Made by a program: the position numbers and the translations under genes
The notes under the pieces: model-generated
The model's database searches: none
What the model was told of the DNA's origin: nothing
The model's input: only the letters and a program-made list of their open reading frames with translations
From: Albugo candida
Taxonomy: Eukaryota
Direction of reading: 5' to 3'
DNA: 64,000 bases
Assembly (NCBI GenBank): GCA_040437565.1
Contig: JBDOQK010000046.1
Location: forward strand, 124,001 to 188,000
In this document: positions 24,343 to 37,149 of the stretch, in pieces
Layout of the letters: each line of letters starts with the position of its first letter
How positions within the stretch are numbered: position 1 is the stretch's first letter

Positions 24343-25530
24343 TTACGCTGCTTTTGCAAATCCGACGCGTGCTTTGCGTTCATCTGTTCCCCAATCGAAA
24401 ACAGTGTAATACTTGCGCATCAAAACATCTCCCAATATCCACAAAGGTCCCGCAGGAGCAGGAATATCAATTCCAGTGAAGGCCCACAGACAAAATGGTC
24501 CAGTGTGAAGGATGTAGTCTTTCTTTGATAGTGTAAGCACGTGCCCGTCAATGTCAAAGGAGATATCAGGGCCATCCGCAGTGCAACTGATTATATATTG
24601 TCCCATGATAAATGAGTGTGCTCCAACTACCTTCGCGAGCGCGTGGATTTCATCTTTTGGACCTGCGATCAGCGATGTTCCCGAATCAATAATCGCTTTG
24701 TGGCAACCTTGGAATGTTTTTTGTGCCGATTGAACTGACTTCAACGCCACAACCCAGTAAGTTGGATGCTTTACTTCGACATAAGCAATTTCTCCAACAA
24801 AATGTTTTTTGTCGATACCTCCAATGGTCAATTCTCCAGGTTTATTATCGCCGAGATAAAATGCAAAGACAGGCTCGGCGAGTAATTTCATTTGTATCAT
24901 GCGGTGGAACGGAGTGCGAAGATGATCAACACTGATGGTGTCGAACGCCAATCCAAAAATTCCGTCAAATTTACCCAGTAGATAAGCCATCCCAAGACCT
25001 TTGGTGACATTGATTTCGGCGAAAAATTGATCCGGGACCGCGATACTGCCAACATGAAGCAAATCCTGAGATAGATATCCAGATACGGGTCCACTTCCAT
25101 ACATGATCTTGAACATCGTGCCATTTGACTTGTAAGTGTGAGACTTTGAGTGATCGTAAACCTTGTGACTCCCAAAATGGCGATTGGGAACCCATAAATT
25201 GCTCGATCCGGTGTCAAAAATGACAGAAAAACTCTGAGCAGGACTTCCAAGCTGAATTTCTCCATAGTATTGTGCGTTTTGAAAATCTCGGATGACAACA
25301 TCTACTTCGCTGGGCTTTGCAAGTAAGTTTTCAATGGTCGAGTAGCGATAATTCAGAGGGTCATCAGTGGGATCCCACACTTTTGGGTGTATGTTTCGGT
25401 AATTTTGCTTCAAAAGTGTCGTCACGAATTCTGTCTCATTTACTTTCTTCATGGGAATTCTAATTATTGAACCGAAGATACATTTCGTCAGGCAGAATGC
25501 TACCAAAGCCAGTGATGAATAAGGGATCAT
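24343..25530 (-). CDS. Pepsin/cathepsin D-like aspartic protease (A1) with signal peptide
   Basis: QYYGEI, FDTGSSNLWVP, FDGIFGL, IIDSGTS, WILGDV. Confidence 0.95.
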   Translation of the reverse strand: MIPYSSLALVAFCLTKCIFGSIIRIPMKKVNETEFVTTLLKQNYRNIHPKVWDPTDDPLNYRYSTIENLLAKPSEVDVVIRDFQNAQYYGEIQLGSPAQSFSVIFDTGSSNLWVPNRHFGSHKVYDHSKSHTYKSNGTMFKIMYGSGPVSGYLSQDLLHVGSIAVPDQFFAEINVTKGLGMAYLLGKFDGIFGLAFDTISVDHLRTPFHRMIQMKLLAEPVFAFYLGDNKPGELTIGGIDKKHFVGEIAYVEVKHPTYWVVALKSVQSAQKTFQGCHKAIIDSGTSLIAGPKDEIHALAKVVGAHSFIMGQYIISCTADGPDISFDIDGHVLTLSKKDYILHTGPFCLWAFTGIDIPAPAGPLWILGDVLMRKYYTVFDWGTDERKARVGFAKAA

Positions 25531-25564
25531 TTCACTGCCGTTGATGCGAATCACTTGAGCTCGG

Positions 25565-25576
25565 AATGGGGAATGA
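25565..25576 (-). promoter_or_regulatory. Oomycete initiator (Inr/FPR)-like element
   Basis: TCATTCCCCATT about 35 nt upstream of the protease ATG. Confidence 0.4.
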
Positions 25577-26085
25577 TTCGAATAGAAGACGAACTTCTAA
25601 TAAGTAGCTCTTCTGTTCGCTTCCATTTTTGATGAGATGCACATTATCTTGATATCAGTGGCGTCTTTCGAATTCGAGAGCTTTATATGGAACTAATTTT
25701 GGGTGGTCAGCGGTTCGTTTGAAAAAATGATAGTTTACCGTGCTTTTCGAGTCGCTGTTGGCCAATGAAGATGCGAACACCAAAGCAACAAAAACCCTGG
25801 CAAATATAGGAGGACGCGCTCGATATGAATCAATACCGTCTCACCTTGGAAGAAATGACTGGGCACCAATCGATCGCACAAGGGTGGAAAATTGACTAAG
25901 TTTTCGTGTCAGTGCACCAACCCAAACTCACAAATAGAATTTATTACATCGTTGAGGTTGTTGTCGATACTCGTGCTAATGTGTCGATAAGATACATCAC
26001 CAAATCTTTGACACTTTGAGAGTTCAATTTGGCCTTCTCAGCATCAATTTGCTCATCTGGCTGTGTCACTTTCTATTCGCAGGTG

Positions 26086-27103
26086 TCAGGAAGCTAAGCA
26101 GATCCGAATGAATAGATAATCTCGATGTCTCACTTCGACATCTTGATGATTTTTTCCTGAATCGTAACCAGAATGTTCTTGATTGGAGTACATCATGTTT
26201 TCATGCATCAAATGCTGTCGAAGGGACGGAAGGTTTACATTGGAATCCACGATACTGGTTTCAAAACAATCTCTAGTCAAATGAGATTTGATTGACTCGA
26301 TCGCATTCGAGTGTTTTCGCTGGCGTCGTTGTGTCAATATGGCGACAACGCTATGAAGCGATTGTAAAGTGCTGTGTATATTGGCCTGATTGATTTCATG
26401 CGGAGTCCTTTGGAAAGCAAGCACATAGTCTCTTTCATCCATTAGTCCGCTTGAATCACTGCCATTTCCGCAGAACTTGGTATAGTCTTGCTCAGCGATT
26501 CGTAAGCTGAATGGCACTTGTTTAAATTGATCCTTTCGATTCTTATTCGAGCATTGCTTCTTCCTGGGTGGTTTTCTCACTGACACGGAATCATCAGATG
26601 GTGGATGGGCGCGATTTGTGGCGTTTGTAACTTGCAACCCAGAGGCACGAACAGGCCCAGCTTCCATTAAATGCGTCATTTCCACGTCGGGGGCCTCCTG
26701 TCTCTCTATACACACATAGCAGTAGCATAATAGCCCTTCTTTGCAATTTGACTTGTAATACCAGCAAATCGTGTCGTTTTCTTGGTACCACCGACAAAGT
26801 CTTCCAAATAAAATGGCTTTATCGTTTTTAGACAATCCAGCACTTAATAGAGCATCAGTCATTATGACACGAAGTGAACATATTTGACGGACAAAAAGCA
26901 CTTGAATCCGTTGTAGATATTTGGTCATCTTCAGCTTGTATTGTATTCTCAAACAACTCGGCTTCATACAAACTGGGATCATTCATAGCCAGCGTGCTAA
27001 TCAGTCTTTTATATTTGGACCGTCCAGCTGATAGAATCTCTTCGAATAACTCTGTTCCTTGTGCTGGCAAAACACTTTTTTGCAATTCGAAGCCACTCTT
27101 CAT
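26086..27103 (-). CDS. Hypothetical protein, probably spliced; ends uncertain
   Basis: Overlapping 90- and 298-aa ORFs in the gene-dense block; Cys cluster and PPRKK; no family recognised. Confidence 0.45.
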
Positions 27104-27956
27104 GCCGCTAAACAAACATCGTAGCAAAAGTAGATTGAAAGTGAGGATGTATACGTCTCATAGAGCGCGAGGTTATCAAGCGCTTCACGTTGCATCGATT
27201 CCAGCATTGAATTTGCAGAATGGTTGCAATCAATTTCTTTTTCTAACATCAGGCAAATGATTGTGTAACGTTCACGTTGACGCCTGTTCTACAATTACTG
27301 TCTGCTTTCGTCTGCTTTGGAGAGTGAACAAGCTATGAAACAGATGAATTGCTTACTGTTACATCCATTGTTTCCCTCGAGATATCAAGTAATCCTACCA
27401 ATAACCCGCTCTGCCTGACGAGACTTTGCACTTGAAGTCGAATCAATTCTACATAAACCCACGTCAATCTCAGTCAAATAGATGTCATAACGTACCGACT
27501 CGAATGTGAACTTGTTGCGATCTTGTCACGATTTCTAGACACATATATCAAGATGATGATGGTTTGTTTCAGATCGTACCGTCACGCAGTGAATTTAGAC
27601 GCTCTTCAGCACATTCGAAACCATCAAGTGAATGGAACGGAGTCGTTACAAACTCAACATATCGCTCATTGAAAGGATTCTTCACATGTCGCTTCTTCTT
27701 CACATCTTCTTTCACCAGATTCCATAAACTTTTCATCTTTCCAACATTCATTCTGCCACAAATATGCACTTGACTTCAACTTCAACTTCAACTAAAGATT
27801 CGTACTTAAGGAGAGCAATCATCATTCTTAGATCTTCGGTTTTAAATTTGCATCAAAGCGCGCAAACGACGCGATAGCTTTCTGATTAATAATGTTACAG
27901 GTGGCGTAACGCTTTATTGTAATCTACACGTGCATAATAAGGATAAGAAGCAGTAA

Positions 27957-30900
27957 ATGGGCTGCGGGGCATCGCTCTCCGATTCCGACTTTCCCGGAGC
28001 ACAAAAACGCATAAGCGGATTCAGTAATGACACGCCTGAGCTAAATTCTTTATCGCACGCTTCGAGTGCAAGTAAAGCAACCCGGACACGCGTTTCTGAC
28101 AATTTAACGCTTCGTTATGCTGTCATCTCACAGAGAGGATACTATCCAGACGGTAATGCGACTATCACGTGCTTTTATACTATATCTCTTACAGTTGATA
28201 CACAGCACCGGATAAGCCAAACCAAGACGCGTTCACGGTCATCCCAAATTTCAATGACGACAAAAATCAGTTTTACTGTGGTGTATTTGACGGCCATGGT
28301 GCAAACGGAGACGCATGTGCCATATTCGCACGGAAAGAATGTCCGGAGTGTATGCGGAGATTTCAAAAGAAAAGAATGCTGAGTCTACTGGAAGCATATT
28401 ACAAATCATTTGAGGATGCCAATACAAGACTTCATGCCTCCATGATCGATGACAGTGCGAGTGGAACCACAGCGATCTGCATGTTGCTGGAGAACGAAAC
28501 TGCCCATATTGCTAATGTTGGAGACTCCCGTGCTGTCTTGGCAACTCTGAGTGACGGAAAGCTTTTGGCCCAAGCTCTCTCAGTAGATCAAACGCCTTAT
28601 CGAACAGTACGACTTCGTTTCTTACCATACAATTGCGGAAGTCACGCGAATTTGTGCATCTAGGATGAGCGGAATCGTGTTGTTCGTGCGGGAGCTCGTA
28701 TATTAACAATGGATCAATTGGAGGGAATCGCACCTTTACACGAGGTTTGTGTTGGCTTTTTGCCACATTTGTATCATGAGTTCTCATGTTGCTGTGTCAT
28801 TATGTAGAACTGGTCCGATAAGCTGAACGGTGAGATAGACGAGGAAGGAGACCCACCGCGAGTCTGGTCGCCCTATGGATCATTTCCAGGCACTGCATTC
28901 ACTCGAAGCATTGGTGATGAGGTAGCAGAAGGACTAGGAGTAATTGCAGCACCGGAAGTCACGTCGATACATATCTCAAGAGATGATGTATTTATTGTTA
29001 TTGCGAGTGATGGCGTCTTTGAATTTCTGACAAGTCAAGCAGTCGTGGATCTAGTAAAGTCTTGTGAAGATCCATACGTTGCCTGTGAGAAAGTGGTTGC
29101 AGAGTCCTATCGATTATGGCTTACATACGAGCTCCGGACAGACGACATCACGATCATATGCGTGTATTTCGAGTTTGATGCGATTTCAGATAGCCCACGC
29201 GCAAGAGCACGAGCAACTTCTGAAGCTCTTACATCCAAGCAGATACGGCCTGTGCGTAAAGGTATGCGTACGGAGACTAGACGGGCACAAATGCGGAAAG
29301 ATATGGGCGAACTCGTAAAAGAAGAAGATATTGCGTACCGAGTGGATGATCATGCAATCCCAAAATCTTTGACAGAGATGGAAGTTTTGGAGAAGATAAC
29401 AACGGGAAATTGGCTCTTTCGTCATCTTACGCAGCGACAGAAAGCTGATATTTACGCAGTTATGGAAAGGATTGAAGTATCGAAAGGTCAAATTGTGATT
29501 CAACAAGGAGATGCGGGCGATCGGTTTTACATTGTGGAGTCTGGGCAATATCAGGTGAGTGTACAGAACGATAAAATCGCGAGTGTAGTGCATACATACA
29601 AAGAATCGATGGAACAGGAAGCCCGGCACGCATCATTTGGTGAACTTGCACTCATGCACGATGCACCGAGAACGTCTTCGGTGACAGCTTTATCGTCAGG
29701 TGCACTTTGGGCAATCGATTGTCGCGCATTTCGTCGCGTTTTCATGAAAGCACCGACACCAGTCCTGATTCAAACGCTGCAGAATGTGGATATCTTGAAA
29801 ACTGTTTCGTATGCTCGACTGAAATGCCTCGCAAATAATCTCACAGAGGTCATTTTTCAAGATGGCGAATATGTCATACGGCAAGGCGATGTTGGCAATA
29901 CATTCTACGTGATCAAGGAAGGCACCGTGAGCTGCACGATTGTGGAAGAAGATGCCATAACCAAGAAGAAAGAATCTCGACAAGTCCTTCGACTCAAGGA
30001 AAATCAATATTTTGGAGAACGGGCCTTGCTGAAAGAAGTTCCTCGAGCTGCTAATGTCATTTCAGTTGGACGTACAAAGCTTTTGCAGATTGCTCGAAGA
30101 GAATTCGAACAGATCCTGGGCTCTTTGCAGGAAATGATCGACAGCGATAGTCGGCAACGCGAAGCCCGCGATGTATTCGAAAGCGCAGTAAAACAACTAC
30201 GACAAGTACATCGACAGCCACACGAATCAAGTATCGCCTCGATCGACATGCAAGAATTCCGATTTCGATACCTTTTACAAAACAATGGATGGAATTATTT
30301 GGCTGTATATCAGCAGCAGCCACAACGACGACGATACATAACCGTCCAAGTATTCGCATTGAAGCTCATCAGTATCGAAAAGAAGGCCGAATTCAGCACC
30401 AACATGGCTATGCATCGAGCGCTACGATCTAGGACGCCACTTATCACAAAAATACAAAAAACATGGAAGGATTCGTGCGGCTTTTACGTCTACTTTGACG
30501 CGGTTGTCATCGGTACTCTGTCGACAGTGATTGGAGAGAACTATCTGCCCGAAGACATTGCACGTGCCTATGCAGCTCAAGCGTTGCTTGCATTAGAGTA
30601 CATGCACAATGCTGGATATGTGTATCGAAATCTCAGCGTCAACAATATTCTCGTCGACACTGACGGCTACCTCCGTTTCTACGACCTTCANNNNNNNNNN
30701 NNNNNNNNNNNNNNNNNNNNNNNNNNNNNNNNNNNNNNNNNNNNNNNNNNNNNNNNNNNNNNNNNNNNNNNNNNNNNNNNNNNNNNNNNNCATGGCTATG
30801 CATCGAGCGCTACGATCTAGGACGCCACTTATCACAAAAATACAAAAAACATGGAAAGATTCGTGCGGCTTTTACGTCTACTTTGACGCGGTTGTCATCG

Positions 30901-31622
30901 GTACTCTGTCGACAGTGATTGGAGAGAACTATCTGCCCGAAGACATTGCACGTGCCTATGCAGCTCAAGCGTTGCTTGCATTAGAGTACATGCACAATGC
31001 TGGATATGTGTATCGAAATCTCAGCGTCAACAATATTCTCGTCGACACTGACGGCTACCTCCGTTTCTACGACCTTCACTTGATGAAGAAACTCTCTGAT
31101 GACGCTCGAACGTACACAATCTGTGGCACAGCGGAATATATGGCTCCTGAAATGGTATCAGCTTGTGGGCACAACACCAGCGTGGATATATGGGCGCTGG
31201 GAGTATTGACTTTTGAAATGTTATGTGGTGAAACTCCGTTTGCCGTGACCAGTCATGAAATGAGCGATAATGACATCACTATGGCCGTATATTCCAAGAT
31301 TTCGCGACATTGTAAGAAAGATTTGGGGTTCCCTCGAGACGATTTGACTCCTCAGGCACAAGATCTTATTCGAATACTGCTAGATCCGATCGCACAAAGT
31401 CGTTTTGGCTGTCAAGGTCAAATATCGGTGGAAAAAGGAGGCTCTGTCATACGCGCGCATCCATGGTTCAACGCGATCGATTGGGTACAATTAGCTGCAG
31501 AAACAGCGGAAATACCTCATTCTTCATTTAAGTATGGAGAGATGCACGATCAATTACCATCAAGTCTTGAGCCACACTTGGAACCTTGCTTGGACGACAT
31601 TGACTGGCTCGAGGATTTCTGA
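27957..31622 (+). CDS. PP2C + two cNMP-binding domains + degenerate AGC-type kinase
   Basis: MGCGAS; intron 28153-28205 plus two more; [33 protein letters not shown] and [22 protein letters not shown]; gap with duplicated flank. Confidence 0.92.
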
Positions 31623-32252
31623 TGCGGACAGATGATTGAGATAGTGGGACATTTGCGAATGTAAACGCACACGGTTTCAGTCACATTGTACGCGTCCCCT
31701 CGAAATTTGTCAACTTCAAAGTCAATTTCAATATCAGTCATCAAGACGATCCTCAACATACGTCAGCATTAAGATATTGGAGCGCTTCTTGGAAACATGT
31801 ACGACTGTGCATCGTCGACTTGGAACTCAGCGTACGCATTGTAAATGATTGTATTGATCGATCGTGACCGCATGTACCCTTGACGGAGAAGATGAAGATG
31901 TCAATTCGGAAGCGGCTTTTTTCTCTTCTTTTGCCCGGAAATGCTCGTCGACCAGTCGTCANNNNNNNNNNNNNNNNNNNNNNNNNNNNNNNNNNNNNNN
32001 NNNNNNNNNNNNNNNNNNNNNNNNNNNNNNNNNNNNNNNNNNNNNNNNNNNNNNNNNNNNNGAAATGCTCGTCGACCAGTCGTCATCGAATATATGATTG
32101 GCTAATAAGTAAATTCTCTTTTGTTTATTGGCTGAAATATCAAATCTTTTATTTCGATTCAGTTCAGAAAAAGTGTATAAAAAAAACAAAAATAAACCCA
32201 AAAATCAAGAAAAAAGCTCCGATCCTTTCTTTCTCGCACTCCAAGAGATCTA

Positions 32253-35200
32253 ATGTTACAGCGACTTCGTCATGTCGTCGGTTGGGGCTTACCAACTGCT
32301 CCGCCCGGAACCCGTGTCGATTTCCAAGTACGGGCGTCTATAGGACACGGTCAAACTGTTTATTTGGTAGGCGATATTCCTTCTTTGGGTGGCTCTATCG
32401 AAGCTGTTCCAACGCCTTCCTCGTGTTCTGGAGGAAGTAAAAGTATGAATGCAACCTCCGGCAACAGCTCATCGTCCAATGTATCGCTGGAACACGGTGT
32501 AGCGCTGGTCACAACGCCGGATTTATATCCCATTTGGTACAATTTAGAACCAATTATGGTGCCTTCAGGAACACGAATTCATTATCGGTATGCAATATGT
32601 ACCGGTAGCAAATTCACTCGTTATGAAACATTGGATGGAATTTCGCGACAATTACAAATCGGTAATGAAGATTTACAGACAAACGATACATTGGACACTC
32701 TTCAGTCGTCCGCACAAGAGGAAATGGACGATAAATACGGCGGTCGTACCTCATTTTGGAGTGTTGTTCCACGCTTAAGCTCAGGACAAGCATTTGTGGA
32801 TCGAAGGGCAAATGGAATCGCTGAAAAGGACGGAACTATGACGGGTCGAAATCTGACACTTTCAATCACAGGAGGAATCCCTGAAGAAGAAGAACATCAC
32901 GAAACATCAGAGATCTCATCGTCCTTGCATTTGGGTGAAGATGAATGTCGAGTCTTTTGTAGCTCTCCAGCAATGTACCGATCGCGAGCGTACTCTGAAG
33001 AATCGGCAAAATCTCCGCGGAATGTCACAATCGACGCATCCGATGGCGTTATTATCGTTGTGTACCGTCTTCCCGTTTTAGTGATTCGTCAAATGGATGG
33101 AAATTATCTCATCGAGTGGGAAGATGATAACTTACTTTGCCCGCCGGGCTTTCTGAAGGAGTCCGATAAAAGTATGTCGTGGGATCAAGCAAGCTCCATG
33201 CGGATCACGTGGGTCGGGACGGTCCATTGCTCCTCTGTGATTCCAAAGGAAGACGAAGAAAAACTCGTTCGACTTCTGATGCCATTTCGCTGTGTGCCTG
33301 TATTTCTCAGTCAAAATAGCGCCCAAACCTTTCATGATTTTTGTTACGGAACGTTATGGCCAATCTTTCATAATATTGTCGATGTGTATGGAAAACTACC
33401 GACACGATGGTGGAATCCGACGCAACAGAAGAATGCTTGGGCCGCGTATAAGAATGTCAATCGGATTTTCGTGAATAAAGTGATTGAAGTGTACAATGAA
33501 GGCGATTTAGTTTGGGTTCACGGGTTCCATTTGCTTGTGGCTCCATCGTTTCTGTCTCGTCGTCTACCGGTCGTCAACGTCGGCTTGTACCTTCACACAC
33601 CGTTCCCATCCTCTGAGATTTTTCGCACGTTGTCTGTCCGAGCGGATTTGCTTCGTGGAATGCTCTCAGCCGATCATATTGGCTTCCATTTGTACGAACA
33701 CGCTCGTCATTTTCTCACAAGCTGTCGTCGAATTCTTGGTGTCAAATACAGTGCTCAGCCTGGCGGGTACATTGGAATCGAATATAATGGACGTGTTGTG
33801 ATGCTCACGATCTCTCATATTGGCATCGAGACGTCTTTCATGGACATTATCAACGATACCGATACTGTAAAGAGAGAGTATCAGCGCTTGATGGAAAAAT
33901 ACGATGCCGGGAATCGAAGAATTATCGTCGGAATCGATCGAGTCGAACGGCTGAAGGGAATCATTCTCAAAATCTCATCGATTGAGCATTTTCTCAACAT
34001 GTACCCGGAATGGCAATGCAAATTACAAGTGATCCAAGTCGGTATCATCGATTCTTCAAATCCTTCCAGCGAGAAAACAAACGTTCGAGAGGAAGTGATC
34101 AAAGCTGTGGAACGAACAAATGAGCGATTTAAAGGCGTACGCGAGGATCCCGTTATCGTATACAAAGAAGTGGAAAACACCGATTTAGCGGCGAGACTTC
34201 CGCTTTGGCGACTTGGGAATATTTTCCTGTCGACTTCTGTACGCGACGCTGTGAATTTATATCCGTTCGAATTCGTCTACGCCCACCAATTGTGTGAGAA
34301 ACCTGGCGTTCTGATCGTCTCCGAGTTCTCTGGAAGCAGTCGTGTGCTCCGTGGAAGCATTGGAATCAATCCTTGGCGTCGCGATGAAATTGTGAATGCG
34401 ATTGGCACGGCATTGAAAATGACCGAAAGCGAGCTTTCAGCCCGACACCAAAAAGACTTGGAATATATCGTCTCGAATTCTCGCACGAAATGGGCCGAAC
34501 GAATTTTAGTCGACCTCAAACGCACCAAAAAGCTTTCCACAGAGGGCGAGCATATGGGCTACGGATTGGGTCTGAGCTTTCGCATGTTGGAATTCAATGC
34601 GGGATTCAAGTTACTCGATACTGAAGCAGTTGCTAAAGCGTATCGAAGCAGTTATCGTCGTGTGTTATTGTTTGATTACGGCAACACACTCGTGACAGAA
34701 GAACGCGGACGAAATGATTTCTCAAAGTATTTGGGCATTGAAAGTGATAGAATTCCCGATGGAACAATTGTATCCAAAGCAGAAGTGACTCCAGCACCGT
34801 CTGAAGTGCTTTCCGCGCTAAGTCTGATGTGCTCGGACCCGAGAAACACCGTTTTCGTATTAAGTGGAAAGGATCGATCTGATTTGGAAAAGACATTAGG
34901 CTCTGTACGCGGCTTGGGCTTGGCTGCAGAGCATGGATATCTGTATAAATGGGGCGATTCGCGTGCTTCCTCGTGTTCCGAAGACGAATGGCTTTGCACA
35001 AAAGACAATTTCGATGATTCCTGGAAGGATCTCACGCATTCCGTAATGGACACATACACCCAACGAACGCATGGAACGTATGTCGAGCTCAAAGGAAGCG
35101 CGTTATTATGGCAATATCGTGACGCCGACCCTGAATTCGGACATTTACAAGCGAAAGAATTACACGATCAATTGACACAAGTGTTGGAGAATTTCCAAGT

Positions 35201-35850
35201 CGAAGTATTAGCCGGAAGCGATTACCTCGAAGTACGTCCCGAAGGCGTCGATAAAGGCGTTATTGTCGATCGGATCCTCTCGACGCTCGAGTCGAAAATG
35301 GGCAATTATGTCGATTTTATTATGTGTATTGGCGACGATCAATCCGATGAGCTCATGTTCAAGTACCTCGAAGAAGTACGAAGTCGACCGAAATTGTTCA
35401 CAGTGACAGTGGGGAAAAAGCCCAGCGCCGCCAAATACTTTGTCAATGACGTCGAGCAAGTCAAAGAGCTTCTCAGCGTGTTGACAAAAGTATCGACGGC
35501 ACTGAATCGGAATCTGTCGCTGAATGATCTGAGGCTGTTTGACGGCCCAAGGCAAGCGTACGTGACGTATATCTCGTTGGGAATCGCTTATTCATATTTT
35601 TCGCTGCAGATCGCATCCCTCAAAATTGAAGGAAGAAAGTGAGGAAATTTTGGACTCGAGAGATTTGAGTATGGAGGAACCGTTGAGTATGGAGACTTCG
35701 AGTCGATTGACGCTCAAAAATAAATGCTCCATGTCGATGAGCGCGATTTCTAGCGTGGCCAATGCGTGCTCGGGCACCTCGTTCACGTATGAGCAGTATT
35801 TTAGCAAAATCGAGGAAACAGAAGACGATCAAGGCGGAATTTTCTTCTAA
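32253..35850 (+). CDS. TPS: Trehalose-6-phosphate synthase/phosphatase fusion with N-terminal CBM20-like domain; intron 35558-35609
   Basis: GQTVYLVGDIPSLG; LWPIFH, LHTPFPSSEIFR, DRVERLKG, SEFSG; LAAEHG, GVDKG, CIGDDQSDE. Confidence 0.93.
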
Positions 35851-35869
35851 TTAAACAAGTAAAAGCCGT

Positions 35870-36960
35870 TCAGCAAGTTGCATGTTTGGTTCTATTTGAG
35901 AATTCGGAATACTTTTGTGGGACTGCAAATCGTTTATCGCCATAAATGAAAACGGATCCAACGACCAACAGGATGCTGGCGTAAAACAAAGGCGTTCCGC
36001 GTGAATTCGAAATGACATTGGAAATCAAACAGCTGAGAATCAGAGAGAAAGATGTGCCAAAGTTTTTCACGATATTGTCAGAGTATCGGACCACAGCTGC
36101 GATGGTGAGGCCGCCAACTGCTTGAAGGAGAATGACGAGCCAAACGATCGGACGAATTTCGTGAAAGAATCCGTTTGTGAGGATGAGGGAAGCATCGAGT
36201 GATATGTTGAGGGAAGTGAGGAGTACCGAAATGAGTGCGAGTTGAGTGTTTCGGATCCATAAGCTTTCGGAGGTGGAAAGTGCGGTTCTTGCTGGATGAG
36301 ACTTCATGACGCATTCGAAATAAGCAGCTGCAAGACCGGAATTGACAGCCAAAAGGCAAACGATTGAGATTCCGGTAAAGTGAAGTGAGTGATTTTCTTG
36401 AGTCGGGAGGGAGACTCGTGAGTACGAACATGCGGCAACACCACTCATGAGGGAGCACATGGCACACCATTGGACAAACGTGAATTGGCGATGGAGGAAA
36501 ATACGCATGAAGAAAGCGGTTGTGATGATTTTCAGCTGGTAGACGATTTGGTACGTGGCGATATCGACGTAATCGTATGCAAAGAGCGCTCCGATGTTTT
36601 GCATGGCGTACAGAAATGCCAATACTGTCATATTTTGTAGACCTTTGAAATCGGATAATACCTCATTATGTAAGAGATTAATGGTAGCAGGGATGTTACC
36701 TCCGCGAAGCTATATAATTGTTTAGATCGATATATAAAGTGTGTTAGAGAGAAATTTGATGCGCTAAACTTTCTTCATACCTTGCATAATACACCAACGC
36801 AACAAATGCATTTTATGACCTCCACGAGGAAGATCGCAGTGCCTGGATGGTACTTATTCAGTCGGGAGAATTTAGACGCAATACCAAGCGCGGTATTTTG
36901 CACAACAAGCAGCCCAAAAGCGATATGTTTCCACGATGGAGACATTACTTTTGTTACCAT
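35870..36960 (-). CDS. Nucleotide-sugar transporter (SLC35A-like), spliced
   Basis: AIFLVEVIK, FLYAMQN, YQLKIITTA, SLWIRNTQL, GGLTIAAVVRYSDNIVKNF. Confidence 0.9.
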
Positions 36961-37149
36961 GACGATTATAAGATTGAACNNNNNNNNNNNNNNNNNNNNN
37001 NNNNNNNNNNNNNNNNNNNNNNNNNNNNNNNNNNNNNNNNNNNNNNNNNNNNNNNNNNNNNNNNNNNNNNNNNNNNNNNTGATTATAAGATTGAACAGGT
37101 TCTTGCGAACCTATTGTACTTTCGATGTTAGTATATCTTAAGTACGTTT

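Noticed and set aside
24343-25530. Aspartic protease as an effector
   Set aside because: Housekeeping cathepsin D-like features and location in the core block; nothing supports an effector role
27768-27793. Short (ACTTCA)n tract
   Set aside because: About four units; ordinary microsatellite
30403-31079. Tandem double kinase domain
   Set aside because: Gap-flanking overlap; collapsing it gives one continuous ORF
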